NCBI GenBank assembly: GCA_964648415.1
Contig: CAZYOC010000001.1
Coordinates: forward strand, 1 to 53,394
Direction: 5' to 3'
Length of the DNA: 53,394 nt
From: an uncultured bacterium
GTDB lineage: Bacteria > Electryoneota > Electryoneia > Electryoneales > Electryoneaceae
Part shown: one piece after another, positions 44,474-53,279 of the stretch
How positions within the stretch are numbered: position 1 is the first letter of the stretch
How the letters are laid out: each line of letters opens with the position of its first letter
Notes under the pieces: model-generated
What the model was told of the DNA's origin: nothing
Database searches by the model: none
The model's input: the letters and a program-made list of their open reading frames with translations, nothing else
Position numbers and translations under genes: made by a program

Positions 44474-45619
44474 GTGAAACACGTGCTCAAAACACTTCTT
44501 TTGCTGGGCCTGCTGCTTGGTGCGAGCGCAGCGCCCGCTCAACAGTCTTTCGTGATCGACGTGGTCACCGAAGGCGCCGGCATCTCGCCGCCGGTCAGCG
44601 AGCTGCTCATCGAGGACCCGTTCCCGATGTTCAGCCTGCTTGATCTGCACATGCTGGAACGCTACGACAGGGACTACTTCGGCATGTGGGACCGGGCGGA
44701 GGGCTATCTGCTCAGCGTACACTCGAATACCGTGGCCACCATGTCGCGTTCCTACAGCGCCTGGCAGTTCCCGGCCTACCTGTTCTACAAGGACTGGGTG
44801 TTCGGGCTCACGCTGCCGTTGGTGGAGGGACGCCGGTTCTCATATCGCGGCGACCGGCAGGGAGCGTCCGGGTTCGGCGACATCGCCATGACGCTGGGGT
44901 ACTCCTACCCGTTGCCGGTGGACATCAGCTATGCGGCGGCCATGACCATCAAGTTTCCGACAGCCAACAGCGGAGCCTACCGCAGCCGCTTGAACACGCC
45001 ACTGGGCACCGGCGCGCCGGACCTGATTTTCAGCATCAACCTGCAGCATACCATGACCTTCGGCGATGTACAGGTGCTGGGGCAGTGGAGGGGCAACGGG
45101 GACCGGACCTACGAGCTGATCGCCCATGACCCCAACGACCCCACGCATATCGTGGAGACAGAATACGATGTGCGCAACGGCAACGCCCTGCTGGTGAAAG
45201 CCCTGTACAACCACCGCTTCATCGGGCTGAACTTCTTTGATTACGTGGACCTGGATTTCGACGCTTACAGCGGTCTGCACCTGAAGCACCTCTACGCCGC
45301 CGGGTATACCGAGTGGACCAAACATGACAACCAGACCGGCGGGTTCTCGTCGAGTTTCCCCGGACACCCCTCGCTTACCACGCTGGAGTGGTTCATAGGC
45401 GCCAACTACTTCTACGCTCCCTTCACCGGGCGCGCGCAGCTTGTGCTGCCGCTGGGTGTCAACCACGGCGGCCGAACCGCCGAAAACTACCGAGATGTGG
45501 AGTTTCGCCTGGGCCTCACCTGGTTCTGGGCGATGGATATGAGCCCGCGTCAACTGAGGAACCACCAGTTGAGAGAGCGGATCAAGGAACGTCAATATCG
45601 TGAACGGTCACGCCGCTAA
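44474..45619 (+). CDS. outer-membrane beta-barrel protein (MetA-pathway/transporter-like family resemblance)
   Basis: GGAGGA at 44465-44470. The GTG 44474 start (or 44483/44444) gives the signal peptide (V)KHVLKTLLLLGLLLGASAAPAQQ. GFGD and PTANSG...LGTGAPD motifs and strand-like periodicity are present. The last strand is LGLTWFW, followed by a basic tail. Only 16 nt separate it from the next gene. Confidence 0.7.
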   Translation: MKHVLKTLLLLGLLLGASAAPAQQSFVIDVVTEGAGISPPVSELLIEDPFPMFSLLDLHMLERYDRDYFGMWDRAEGYLLSVHSNTVATMSRSYSAWQFPAYLFYKDWVFGLTLPLVEGRRFSYRGDRQGASGFGDIAMTLGYSYPLPVDISYAAAMTIKFPTANSGAYRSRLNTPLGTGAPDLIFSINLQHTMTFGDVQVLGQWRGNGDRTYELIAHDPNDPTHIVETEYDVRNGNALLVKALYNHRFIGLNFFDYVDLDFDAYSGLHLKHLYAAGYTEWTKHDNQTGGFSSSFPGHPSLTTLEWFIGANYFYAPFTGRAQLVLPLGVNHGGRTAENYRDVEFRLGLTWFWAMDMSPRQLRNHQLRERIKERQYRERSRR

Positions 45620-45634
45620 GGCAGGGAGGAGATC

Positions 45635-48013
45635 ATGATGCGATTCGAGCGCGAAGCGATCCTCAGCCTGCCCCTTGCGGAGGCGATTCGGATCACGCTA
45701 TGGCTGATGCTGGCGGCGGCGCTGCTGCTGCTGGCCACATCCTGCGACAAGGACGGGCCGGTGGAAGTCACCTATGAAACCGGCGGAGTGTCGCTGGAGT
45801 TTGTCCTTCCCGAGGATGCGCCCACTATCCAGGGCAGTATCTCCGCCTGGGTCCGGGTGACACCGCACCGCATGGCGGCCTGGGAGGAAGAACTCATCAT
45901 CACCGACCGTCACGCCAACCGGCCGATCGAAGTCCCGGTGGGAGTGCCCTGTGTCATTACCGTAACGCTGGACTATGAGGGTGTGATGTACCGCGGTTCA
46001 GTCGCCACGCCCGCACTGAATCCCGGCAGCTTCTACACCGCCGGCATCCAGATGCTGGAGCCGGGCGATGAGCCCGCATTCAGTATCCTGACGCCGGATA
46101 CGGTAGCCGCCGGCCGGGAGATCTCACTGGCGCTGTACGGCGAAGGCGCACACAAGATGCGTATCGGCAACGCCATGGCGTTGCCGGACAGCGTGGCGTC
46201 CGACTCGTTGATTCCCGACTCCATCCTGGCTGATACGGTGGACTGGGGCGCGGGCTGGGTGGCGTACGACTCGCTGCCCGACTGGACCCTGACCACCGGC
46301 GCGGACGCGAAAATCGTCTATGCGCAGATCGCTTATCTGAACGGCGATACATCTGCCGTGGTCTCCGATACGATCGGTATTGCGGCGCTGAACGGAACGG
46401 CGGAAATTGCGAATGGCGCCGAGACTACAGCTTCAAAAGACGTCGTTGTCCGTTTATCCTCGAACTACGCGACAGAGATGAAGGTTGTCGCCGTGGGTGG
46501 TGACACAACCATGATGTTAACGGGCAAGCGCGGATCGACCCGGACCGTCGCAAGCGACAGCATTGAGTGGATACCCTTTGAGGATCGCGTGCGAGTTGAA
46601 TTGCCGGATGGACCCGGCGAAAAATGGGTGGAGATCCTTCTGCGGGATGAGTTTCTAGTCGAGTATACCGTACGAGACACCATCGCCACGGCGGAAATCG
46701 AGGGTAGTGTGGCGTTTGCTGCTGAGGGCATGTTCGTCAATGAGTTGTCGCAGGTGGTGACCATTGACGCCAGCGGAGCGTCCCGGATGGCCGTCTCGGT
46801 GTCCGGCGACAGCACAAATCTGACCTGGCGTACGCTTGCGGATCAACATACGGTCGGTTTCTCGCCGCATGATGGTTGGCGTACGGTCTATGTCTGGTTG
46901 CAGAATGATTTTACACAGTTCGGTCCCCTGACCGATTCCATCGGAATTGACCGTTCCGCCGCTATTGATTCATTTGCCTGGAGCGCGTCGACGCTGAACA
47001 ACATTGCGCCCGGCGATACGCTCTATTTTTCCCTGTGGGCCGATTCGGCGTTCTACGGGCCGGAGACCCATGGCAGCGCGTATGTGACCGTGGCAGGGCT
47101 TCCGGACACGATTGATCTGGCGGAAGAGGGCGCCGGCGTTTACAGTGCGTACTATCCGATCTACAACACCACACCGCAGCTGGACAGCGCCGCCGTGACC
47201 GCGTACTTCACCGACCGCGCGGGGAATGTGGCTGAGCCGGTGGTGGCCGATTCGCTTGTCAGCGGCGGTGGGTTGACCACCGGGACCGTGAGGAGCTTCG
47301 AGTTGGGTAACACCGGCAATAACATCCAGATGGTCTGGATCGCGCCGGGCAGCTACGAGATGGGCGCGTTGCCCAACGAGGCGGGGGCGGATCTGGATGA
47401 AACGCCACGGCATACGGTGACCTTCCGCTACGGGTTCTGGATCGCCCGCACCGAGCTCACGCAGTCGCAGTGGGAGGCGGTGATGGGGAGCGGCAACGTG
47501 TTCCCCGAGTTCCCCGGTCCTAGCCGGCCTGTAGAGACGGTGAGCTTCAACGAAGCGCAGCTGATGATCTCCGTGATCAACAGCTCGGAAATGGAAAGCG
47601 TCTGGCGGTTGCCCACCGAAGCGGAGTGGGAATACGCCGCCCGCGCCGGAAGTACCGAGCGGTTCCCGTGGGGTACGGATACGGGCTACAACCAGCTTGG
47701 CGGCTACGCGTGGTTCAACGGCAACAGCAGCAACACCACGCACAACGTGGGCGGCAGGGAGGCCAACCCCTGGGGCCTGGAAGACATGTTCGGCAACGTG
47801 TGGGAGTGGTGCCTGGACTGGCATCACGACAGCTACACGGGCGCACCCGATGACGGCTCGCCCTGGTTGTCTCCTTCGGGAAGCGAACGTGTGATTCGCG
47901 GCGGAAGCTGGAACGATCCGGGCGGGGAGTTGCGCAGCGCCAGCCGTGGCAGCGCCGATCCCGACAGTCGCAGCAGCAGTATCGGTTTCCGGCTGGTGCG
48001 AATGGAGCGTTAG
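45635..48013 (+). CDS. lipoprotein with C-terminal FGE-sulfatase (SUMF1/GldJ/GldK-like) domain
   Basis: GGAGGAG Shine-Dalgarno. N-terminal hydrophobic segment ending LLLLATSC (lipobox-like). The C-terminal ~250 aa read MVWIAPGSYEMG...DETPRHTVTF...WRLPTEAEWEYAARAG...NPWGLEDMFGNVWEWC...RVIRGGSW...IGFRLV, which are classic FGE-sulfatase family motifs. Confidence 0.85.
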   Translation: MMRFEREAILSLPLAEAIRITLWLMLAAALLLLATSCDKDGPVEVTYETGGVSLEFVLPEDAPTIQGSISAWVRVTPHRMAAWEEELIITDRHANRPIEVPVGVPCVITVTLDYEGVMYRGSVATPALNPGSFYTAGIQMLEPGDEPAFSILTPDTVAAGREISLALYGEGAHKMRIGNAMALPDSVASDSLIPDSILADTVDWGAGWVAYDSLPDWTLTTGADAKIVYAQIAYLNGDTSAVVSDTIGIAALNGTAEIANGAETTASKDVVVRLSSNYATEMKVVAVGGDTTMMLTGKRGSTRTVASDSIEWIPFEDRVRVELPDGPGEKWVEILLRDEFLVEYTVRDTIATAEIEGSVAFAAEGMFVNELSQVVTIDASGASRMAVSVSGDSTNLTWRTLADQHTVGFSPHDGWRTVYVWLQNDFTQFGPLTDSIGIDRSAAIDSFAWSASTLNNIAPGDTLYFSLWADSAFYGPETHGSAYVTVAGLPDTIDLAEEGAGVYSAYYPIYNTTPQLDSAAVTAYFTDRAGNVAEPVVADSLVSGGGLTTGTVRSFELGNTGNNIQMVWIAPGSYEMGALPNEAGADLDETPRHTVTFRYGFWIARTELTQSQWEAVMGSGNVFPEFPGPSRPVETVSFNEAQLMISVINSSEMESVWRLPTEAEWEYAARAGSTERFPWGTDTGYNQLGGYAWFNGNSSNTTHNVGGREANPWGLEDMFGNVWEWCLDWHHDSYTGAPDDGSPWLSPSGSERVIRGGSWNDPGGELRSASRGSADPDSRSSSIGFRLVRMER

Positions 48014-48042
48014 AGTAATTCTCGAATGAAATGTCCCATGAT

Positions 48043-48070
48043 GTCATTCCTGCGAAAGCAGGAATCCAGA
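48043..48070. repeat. REP-like hairpin family 1, second copy
   Basis: Same 27-nt sequence as 3408-3434. It translates to the VIPAKAGIQ artefact at the start of ORF 48031. Confidence 0.85.
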
Positions 48071-48312
48071 ATAAACAAGTACTTAAGAATCTTGGTATGT
48101 TCGATTCTTTGCAAGAACCACTCTATGTTGTCAGGCAAGGGTTTACGTGGACCGACAGGGTAAAAAGATTAGGGGAGTTTAAGCTTTCGCTCGGCGGTTT
48201 TCCGGGTTGTAGTTTTCCGTACATTGTGGGGCAAACAAGCGGGGCGTGCAGTCCAGAAGTCATGGCTGACGTACCCCCTACCAACAACCAACGAGAGTTC
48301 TCGGAGGATACG

Positions 48313-48519
48313 ATGGCTTACAGGATCAACGACAACTGCATCAACTGCGCGGCGTGCGAAGACGAGTGTCCGGTGGAAGCGATCAGCGAAGGCGACGATA
48401 TTTATATCATCGACGAAGACGTCTGCGTTGAGTGCGAAGGCTACCACGACGAGCCGCAGTGCATCGAAGTCTGCCCCGTGCAGGAAGAGGATAACCCCTG
48501 CATCGTCAAGGCCGACTAA
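48313..48519 (+). CDS. 2x[4Fe-4S] ferredoxin, YfhL-like
   Basis: GGAGGA 4 nt before ATG 48313. 68 aa reading MAYRINDNCINCAACEDECP...CVECEGYHDEPQCIEVCP (CxxCxxCxxxCP plus CxxCx8CxxxCP), collinear with E. coli YfhL. The longer ORF from 48031 begins inside a REP element and is rejected. Confidence 0.9.
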   Translation: MAYRINDNCINCAACEDECPVEAISEGDDIYIIDEDVCVECEGYHDEPQCIEVCPVQEEDNPCIVKAD

Positions 48520-48541
48520 GCCTGAGCAGAACGATTGTATG

Positions 48542-48584
48542 AAGCGCCCTGTGGGATAAATGCCCGCAGGGCGCTTTCTTGTTT
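48542..48584 (+). terminator. intrinsic terminator after the ferredoxin gene
   Basis: 14-bp stem (one G-U pair) AAGCGCCCTGTGGG / CCCGCAGGGCGCTT with a 7-nt loop, followed by TTCTTGTTT. It lies between convergent genes. Confidence 0.75.
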
Positions 48585-48624
48585 GAAATCCAGAATCGGG
48601 TTGACGTGTTGCTGAATCAATCCA

Positions 48625-49896
48625 CTACTCTACGGGCTGTTTTAGCCGCACAGTAGCTACGAAGCTGATGACCGCCATCAGGATCAGGTACCAGGCCGGC
48701 GCAAGAATATCTCCTGTTTGTTTGATCAGCCAGGTACATACAAGGGGTGCGGTCCCACCAAACAGCGCCATGCTCAGGTTGTATCCTGCTCCGATTCCGC
48801 TGTAACGGGTACGTGGCGGGAACATGCCGACCATGGTGGCGGGGATGGCGGCTTGCACCTTGCTCATCATGACAGCAAACACAAGCTGAGCGCCCAATGC
48901 CAGGCCGAATACACCGTAGTCGGCAAACCGAAACAGCGGCCAGGTCAGCACGATAAAACCGCCCAGGGAAAGCAGCAGGATCTTCTTCAATCCCACTTTA
49001 TCGGCCCAAAGACCGGCGAAGGGGATCAAGATCATCATGACGGCCATGGAAATAGTGTTGGCGGTAAGAGCGTGGGGGACAACCGGTGAAACAATGGTTG
49101 TCAGATAGGTAGGCCACCAGACGAACAGGGTGTAGAACCCGGCTCCCATCAGCATGACCAGCGCCATGACATGCAGCATGGCGGCCGGCTGTTCGGTGAT
49201 TGCTTCTTTAAAGGGATTTTTCCGGACTTGCCCGTCTGCTTTAAGCTTTTCGAACTCGGGTGATTCGTCCAGTCCACGGCGCATCCATAATGCAAATCCA
49301 CCGATCAGACATCCAGCCAGAAAGGGGATGCGCCAACCCCAACTGTGAAGAAAGCTGTCTGAGAACACACCGTGCGCGAGGGCGGCGATTGCAGAGCCCA
49401 GCATCACCCCGCCGATGGTGCTGAACGTAGTCCAGCTGCCGAAGAAGCCGCGCCGATGCGGTGGGGCGATTTCGGTGATGAAGGAGATGGATCCGATAAA
49501 CTCACCTCCTACCGACATTCCCTGCAACAACCGCAACAGAACAAGCAGAAAGGATGCAGCGACTCCAACCTGGGCATGAGTGGGTAACAGACCAACCAGG
49601 GTGGTGGGTATGGCCATCAGGAGCACAGACAACTGGAGCGCCCGTTTGCGCCCGTATTTATCCCCGATATTGCCGAAAAGAATGCCGCCGATAGGACGCA
49701 CGAGATAGCCGATCGCAAAGACGCCGAATGTGGCGATCAACCCGGCAAGCTTGTCTTTCTCCGGGAAGAACTGGGTGGCGATGATTGGTGCGAAATAGCC
49801 GTACACGGCAAAATCGTACCATTCCAGCACATTGCCAAGGGAACCGCCGAAGATGTTCTTCCGCAACGAATTACTCCAGCCACCGCTTGTTGGCAT
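48625..49896 (-). CDS. MFS transporter, metabolite:H+ symporter (MHS, ProP/KgtP-like) family
   Basis: GNVLEWYDFAVYGYFAPIIATQFFP and GGILFGNIGDKYGRKRAL (MFS motif A), with about 12 hydrophobic spans. The ATG 49896 start has GGGAG upstream. The ORF track extends to 50007. Confidence 0.85.
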   Translation of the reverse strand: MPTSGGWSNSLRKNIFGGSLGNVLEWYDFAVYGYFAPIIATQFFPEKDKLAGLIATFGVFAIGYLVRPIGGILFGNIGDKYGRKRALQLSVLLMAIPTTLVGLLPTHAQVGVAASFLLVLLRLLQGMSVGGEFIGSISFITEIAPPHRRGFFGSWTTFSTIGGVMLGSAIAALAHGVFSDSFLHSWGWRIPFLAGCLIGGFALWMRRGLDESPEFEKLKADGQVRKNPFKEAITEQPAAMLHVMALVMLMGAGFYTLFVWWPTYLTTIVSPVVPHALTANTISMAVMMILIPFAGLWADKVGLKKILLLSLGGFIVLTWPLFRFADYGVFGLALGAQLVFAVMMSKVQAAIPATMVGMFPPRTRYSGIGAGYNLSMALFGGTAPLVCTWLIKQTGDILAPAWYLILMAVISFVATVRLKQPVE

Positions 49897-50308
49897 GCTG
49901 ATATACTCCCTTGTTAAACCATGAGTAGAACGCATCACCCGGTGCTGGAAGAGGATCAGGGAGGGAATGCCCGAGTAATGTAAGGATAGAGGGGTGTTTG
50001 ATCGCAAACCTCATCGACAGATAATACAACTATCCCGGATATTTCACGAGTATTCATGTTTCGTCAACATAACCCTTGACATAGAATCGGCTTAATGGGT
50101 TTTCGGCTTTGAATCACATGACGACAGTTTGTTTTCGTTTTATGCAACCCGCTGCCGGGGTTGAAGGATCTGTAAACCTGTCTCCCAAGGTGCGCGCCAA
50201 ACGGACGGCGCGTACCTTGGGCTATGACAGAGAACCACTGCCGTGGTTCATTCGTGAAATATACGGGCTATTCTACCTGTTCCTGGAGCACGGCTGCGCC
50301 GTCCATGT

Positions 50309-52984
50309 TTATCGGAGCAACATCACTCGCTGCACAGCTCGTCCCTTCGGATGCTCCAGCACCACGAAATACACTCCGCTCGCTACCCCTGACGCCTTCC
50401 AATGGTACGCATGCGTCCCGGCGTTCACACGACCGGGCGCCCATGACGTCACCAACCGTCCCAGCACGTCGAACACCTCCACCCTCAGGTCGCCCGCTTC
50501 CGGCAACGCCACCTCAACCGTCAGCGCCGGGTTGAACGGGTTCGGGTAGGCGTGGAGGCCGAACTCCGCCGGCAACGTCGCCGCAGCTGCGGGATCGTCG
50601 CCGATCACATCTGTCTCCCAGCGCAGCCACGCCAGCACGTCCTCGACAAACTCCGGCCGGTCGATCGCCGGGCCTGCGCCGCCCTCGTCCACCAGCTGCT
50701 CGATCTCGAACCCGGCGGTGACGGCGCGGTAGGACGTGTCCGCCGGTTGATAGGCTACCGCCACCGGCGTCGCAGCGTCATCGTTCAGAGTGACAATGGC
50801 CGTGGCGTTGGGGAAGGGAACGGTGGCGTCGAGGGAGTCCCCGAAAGTCGTCAGATCGCCCTCACGCATAATCCCCCAGTGTTCTGTGGACAGCAGGTGA
50901 TAGCTGCCTATTCCCTGCCGCAGACTGTCCATCAGCCCCGCATCGATCCCGAATCGGGTCTCCATGTAATAAAACCCGCCCCATTTGTTCTGGAGTCCGC
51001 TGCCGTGCAGCAGCATGCTGCCGCCGTTCTCGAAAAAGATATCGATCTCGTTGCGCATGTCCGACGGGTAGATGTCATCCTCATAGGACAGGCACGACCA
51101 GATGATGAGCGGGTAGTCGTGGATCAATGTGTCCGGATAGCCCTGCGTCCAGGGCGTCATCGGGCGAAACGCTTCGCCGAGCTGCAGCAGGGATTTCGCC
51201 AGCGGGTTGTCGTAGATCCCCTCAACGCCTTCCTGGATGAACAGCACATCAGCGGTATCCACTTCCACGTCGACTTGCAGGTACGAGTAAGCAGGCAGCT
51301 CGTGAAATCCGGCGTCCAGCGCAGCGTAGTCGCCCTCGGTCGGATAGACTTCCAGGTAGAAGGGCTGCGTTTCGTCCAACCAGGGCAGACGGAAGGCATA
51401 GAAGCCCATACAGTCGCTGTTCGTCACATAATGATAGCCGCCGACCTCGGGATCGTTCCAGAGCAGCAGCTCGGCCTGGACCGGGGCGCCGTCCTCCTCG
51501 GCGGTGACATAGCCGGAGACGAACGATGCGCCGGTCACTTCCAGTTCCATCGTCAACGAGTCGTTGGCGTGGGTGGAGTCGAGGGGATGGAACACGGTCA
51601 GCAGCGCCTCGAACGTCCCGGCTTCGTCGGGAATCCACGCCGGATCGAGGGTTACGGTGGTATCCTGCAACGGCCCCAGGGTGACCAGCGCCGAGGCTTC
51701 ATAGTCCCCGATTTCGAGCTCGACCTCCACGTCTTCCAGCGGTTCCATGCCGGCGTTGCGCACCGTGGCCTCGAACGGGGTAGCCAGTCCGGTGAACAGC
51801 GTGTCCACAGCCGGGTGAGCCAGGCCAACCGGCTCGGCGTCGGGCGGCAGATCCAGCAGCAGCTCCAGGGTGTACCAGGCGAGATAAGCCGTGGTCCAGG
51901 ACTGGTCGTTCTGCCACTGGTCTTCGGTGGCCGGGATGCCGCCGTCATCGTCCGGCTCGTCCTGCTCCAGCAGCCAGTCGGTGATCCAGATGACGTTGTT
52001 GATGCTGGTCGTATCACCCATCACCCGGTAAATTGCGTTCCAGGCGTGGGCGTACCAGACGGTCCAGCTGTTGTTCCAGTTGCCCGGCCCGGAATAGAGG
52101 TCCATGTACTCGGTGTAGTCGGGGATCCATTCCGCGCCGCCCTCCGGGTCGTCGGCAAAGAGCGCGGTGACCACGCCCCACATGGCGGTACCGCCGGACA
52201 TGGCCCAGGTCTCGTGGTCGTTCAGCCGCTCCGGGTCGTATTCAATCCAGCTCTGCACGTCCTCCGCGATGTCCTGCGCGGCGTCGATCCACACGGCGCT
52301 GTCCCGCCAGACGCCATAGAGATACAGCGCCCCCGCGCCGTAACCCGCCGACAGCGGATTGATCCCGGTGGTGGTGTTGGTGATGGTGAGACGGTAGGTG
52401 TCGAGGTAGTCGGCGCACTCGTCACCGTACCACAGCCAGCTCGAGTCGCCGTAAGCGCGGAAGTACTCCATCGCCGCCACGCAACCCCAGCCGGCGTTAT
52501 GCACCCGGTAATAGTTCGGGTTGCCTCCGCCTTCTTCCTGCCAGGCAGGCCACTCCTCGCAGTAGATCCAGGCGTTGGCGATGTACTCGGAGAACGTGGC
52601 GGTGTCGCCGGTGAGGTAACCGTAACGCGCCCAGTCACGCAGCGCTTCCTGGGTGTTGTCGGTCTGGATGATGTTCCAGTCCTGCTCGCCCTCTCGTTGC
52701 CCGCCGAAGTTCGGGCCCTGGTCGTCGACTTGCAGCTCGGGCAGCCAGTTGAGGAGCTGGTCCCAGTCCTCCTCGTACTCGTCCAGTTCCTCGTAGAAAG
52801 GGATCTCCGGGAACGGCGTCGGGGGGACTTGCGGGCCGGGCGGCTGGGTGCGTTGACGCTCTTCCAGTTGCTGTTGCAGGGTTTCGGGCGGCACGTAGGG
52901 AGTGGCGAAGACAACCGTACAGGTCAGCAGTGCGAGGGCCAGTCCGAAGGCAAAAACGGCGGTTCGGCTCATGATGCTCCTCAT
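50309..52984 (-). CDS. secreted multidomain protein of unknown function with T9SS C-terminal sorting domain
   Basis: Signal peptide MRSIMSRTAVFAFGLALALLTCTVVFA. CTD AYPNPFNPALTVEVALPEAGDLRVEVFDVLGRLV...GVYFVVLEHPKGRAVQRVMLLR. The Trp/Tyr/Asp-rich N-terminal half may be an alpha/alpha-toroid fold (weak guess). Confidence 0.8.
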   Translation of the reverse strand: MRSIMSRTAVFAFGLALALLTCTVVFATPYVPPETLQQQLEERQRTQPPGPQVPPTPFPEIPFYEELDEYEEDWDQLLNWLPELQVDDQGPNFGGQREGEQDWNIIQTDNTQEALRDWARYGYLTGDTATFSEYIANAWIYCEEWPAWQEEGGGNPNYYRVHNAGWGCVAAMEYFRAYGDSSWLWYGDECADYLDTYRLTITNTTTGINPLSAGYGAGALYLYGVWRDSAVWIDAAQDIAEDVQSWIEYDPERLNDHETWAMSGGTAMWGVVTALFADDPEGGAEWIPDYTEYMDLYSGPGNWNNSWTVWYAHAWNAIYRVMGDTTSINNVIWITDWLLEQDEPDDDGGIPATEDQWQNDQSWTTAYLAWYTLELLLDLPPDAEPVGLAHPAVDTLFTGLATPFEATVRNAGMEPLEDVEVELEIGDYEASALVTLGPLQDTTVTLDPAWIPDEAGTFEALLTVFHPLDSTHANDSLTMELEVTGASFVSGYVTAEEDGAPVQAELLLWNDPEVGGYHYVTNSDCMGFYAFRLPWLDETQPFYLEVYPTEGDYAALDAGFHELPAYSYLQVDVEVDTADVLFIQEGVEGIYDNPLAKSLLQLGEAFRPMTPWTQGYPDTLIHDYPLIIWSCLSYEDDIYPSDMRNEIDIFFENGGSMLLHGSGLQNKWGGFYYMETRFGIDAGLMDSLRQGIGSYHLLSTEHWGIMREGDLTTFGDSLDATVPFPNATAIVTLNDDAATPVAVAYQPADTSYRAVTAGFEIEQLVDEGGAGPAIDRPEFVEDVLAWLRWETDVIGDDPAAAATLPAEFGLHAYPNPFNPALTVEVALPEAGDLRVEVFDVLGRLVTSWAPGRVNAGTHAYHWKASGVASGVYFVVLEHPKGRAVQRVMLLR

Positions 52985-53147
52985 CAGACAAGTTCAGGAT
53001 GTTATTCATAAATTAGGTCGAGGGGAGGGGGATTCCAAGAGGTGCAGGGCGACGGGACCGCAAGCTACGCTTCGCGGGAATGACGCCTGGATGCACCATC
53101 GAGCAAGATTTTCTAATAACTATACAGGCTGTTGCAGAATTCTGATG

Positions 53148-53176
53148 TCTCACATTCCAGCGAAGGCTGGAATCCA
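53148..53176. repeat. REP-like hairpin family 1, variant with compensated stem
   Basis: ATTCCAGC-GAAG-GCTGGAAT: the T>A change in the left arm is matched by A>T in the right arm. The flanks TCTCAC...ATCCAG are shared with the degenerate copy at 59-96. Confidence 0.8.
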
Positions 53177-53227
53177 GGCATGTCCATATACTACAAAATG
53201 TCAGCTATGGAAACCAACAAGTCTTAT

Positions 53228-53279
53228 TCCAGCTCCCGTTCATAGCATTCGAGGGCGGGCTCTTCGCTGAAATGAGAGA
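53228..53279 (+). repeat. second copy of the ~52-nt terminal element
   Basis: See 5-56. The core CGAGGGC-RGG-GCTCTTCG can fold as a short wobble-containing hairpin. Confidence 0.8.

Noticed and set aside
15166-44490. Many long antisense or out-of-frame ORFs inside the giant gene (e.g. 39982-44490 minus 1,502 aa, 33391-36612 minus 1,073 aa, 23050-25332 minus 760 aa, 20365-22299 minus 644 aa).
   Set aside because: Their products are Arg/Gly/Val/Pro-rich low-complexity strings typical of the reverse frames of GC-rich, GAC/ACC/GGC-biased coding DNA. They have no ribosome-binding sites or recognisable motifs. The + frame is continuous and has clear domain logic.
47860-48013. The C-terminal end of the FGE-fold protein as a diversity-generating retroelement (DGR) variable region, since FGE/CLec folds are common DGR targets.
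   Set aside because: No template-repeat copy of this segment, no reverse transcriptase and no Asn/AAY-rich codon pattern are present in the window.
48031-48312. N-terminal extension of the ferredoxin ORF (162-aa version starting MSHDVIPAKAGIQ).
   Set aside because: The first codons are the translation of a REP hairpin. Ferredoxin homology begins at MAYRINDNC (ATG 48313), which has its own GGAGGA.
50552-53011. 819-aa + strand ORF opposite the CDS at 50309-52984.
   Set aside because: The minus frame has a canonical signal peptide and a T9SS CTD. The + frame is Arg/Gly/Val-rich antisense noise.
52902-53270. 122-aa + strand ORF at the right end of the window.
   Set aside because: It runs through REP elements (..MSHIPAKAGIQ.., ..SIRGRALR) and overlaps the start of the minus-strand cargo gene. 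There is no coding signal.
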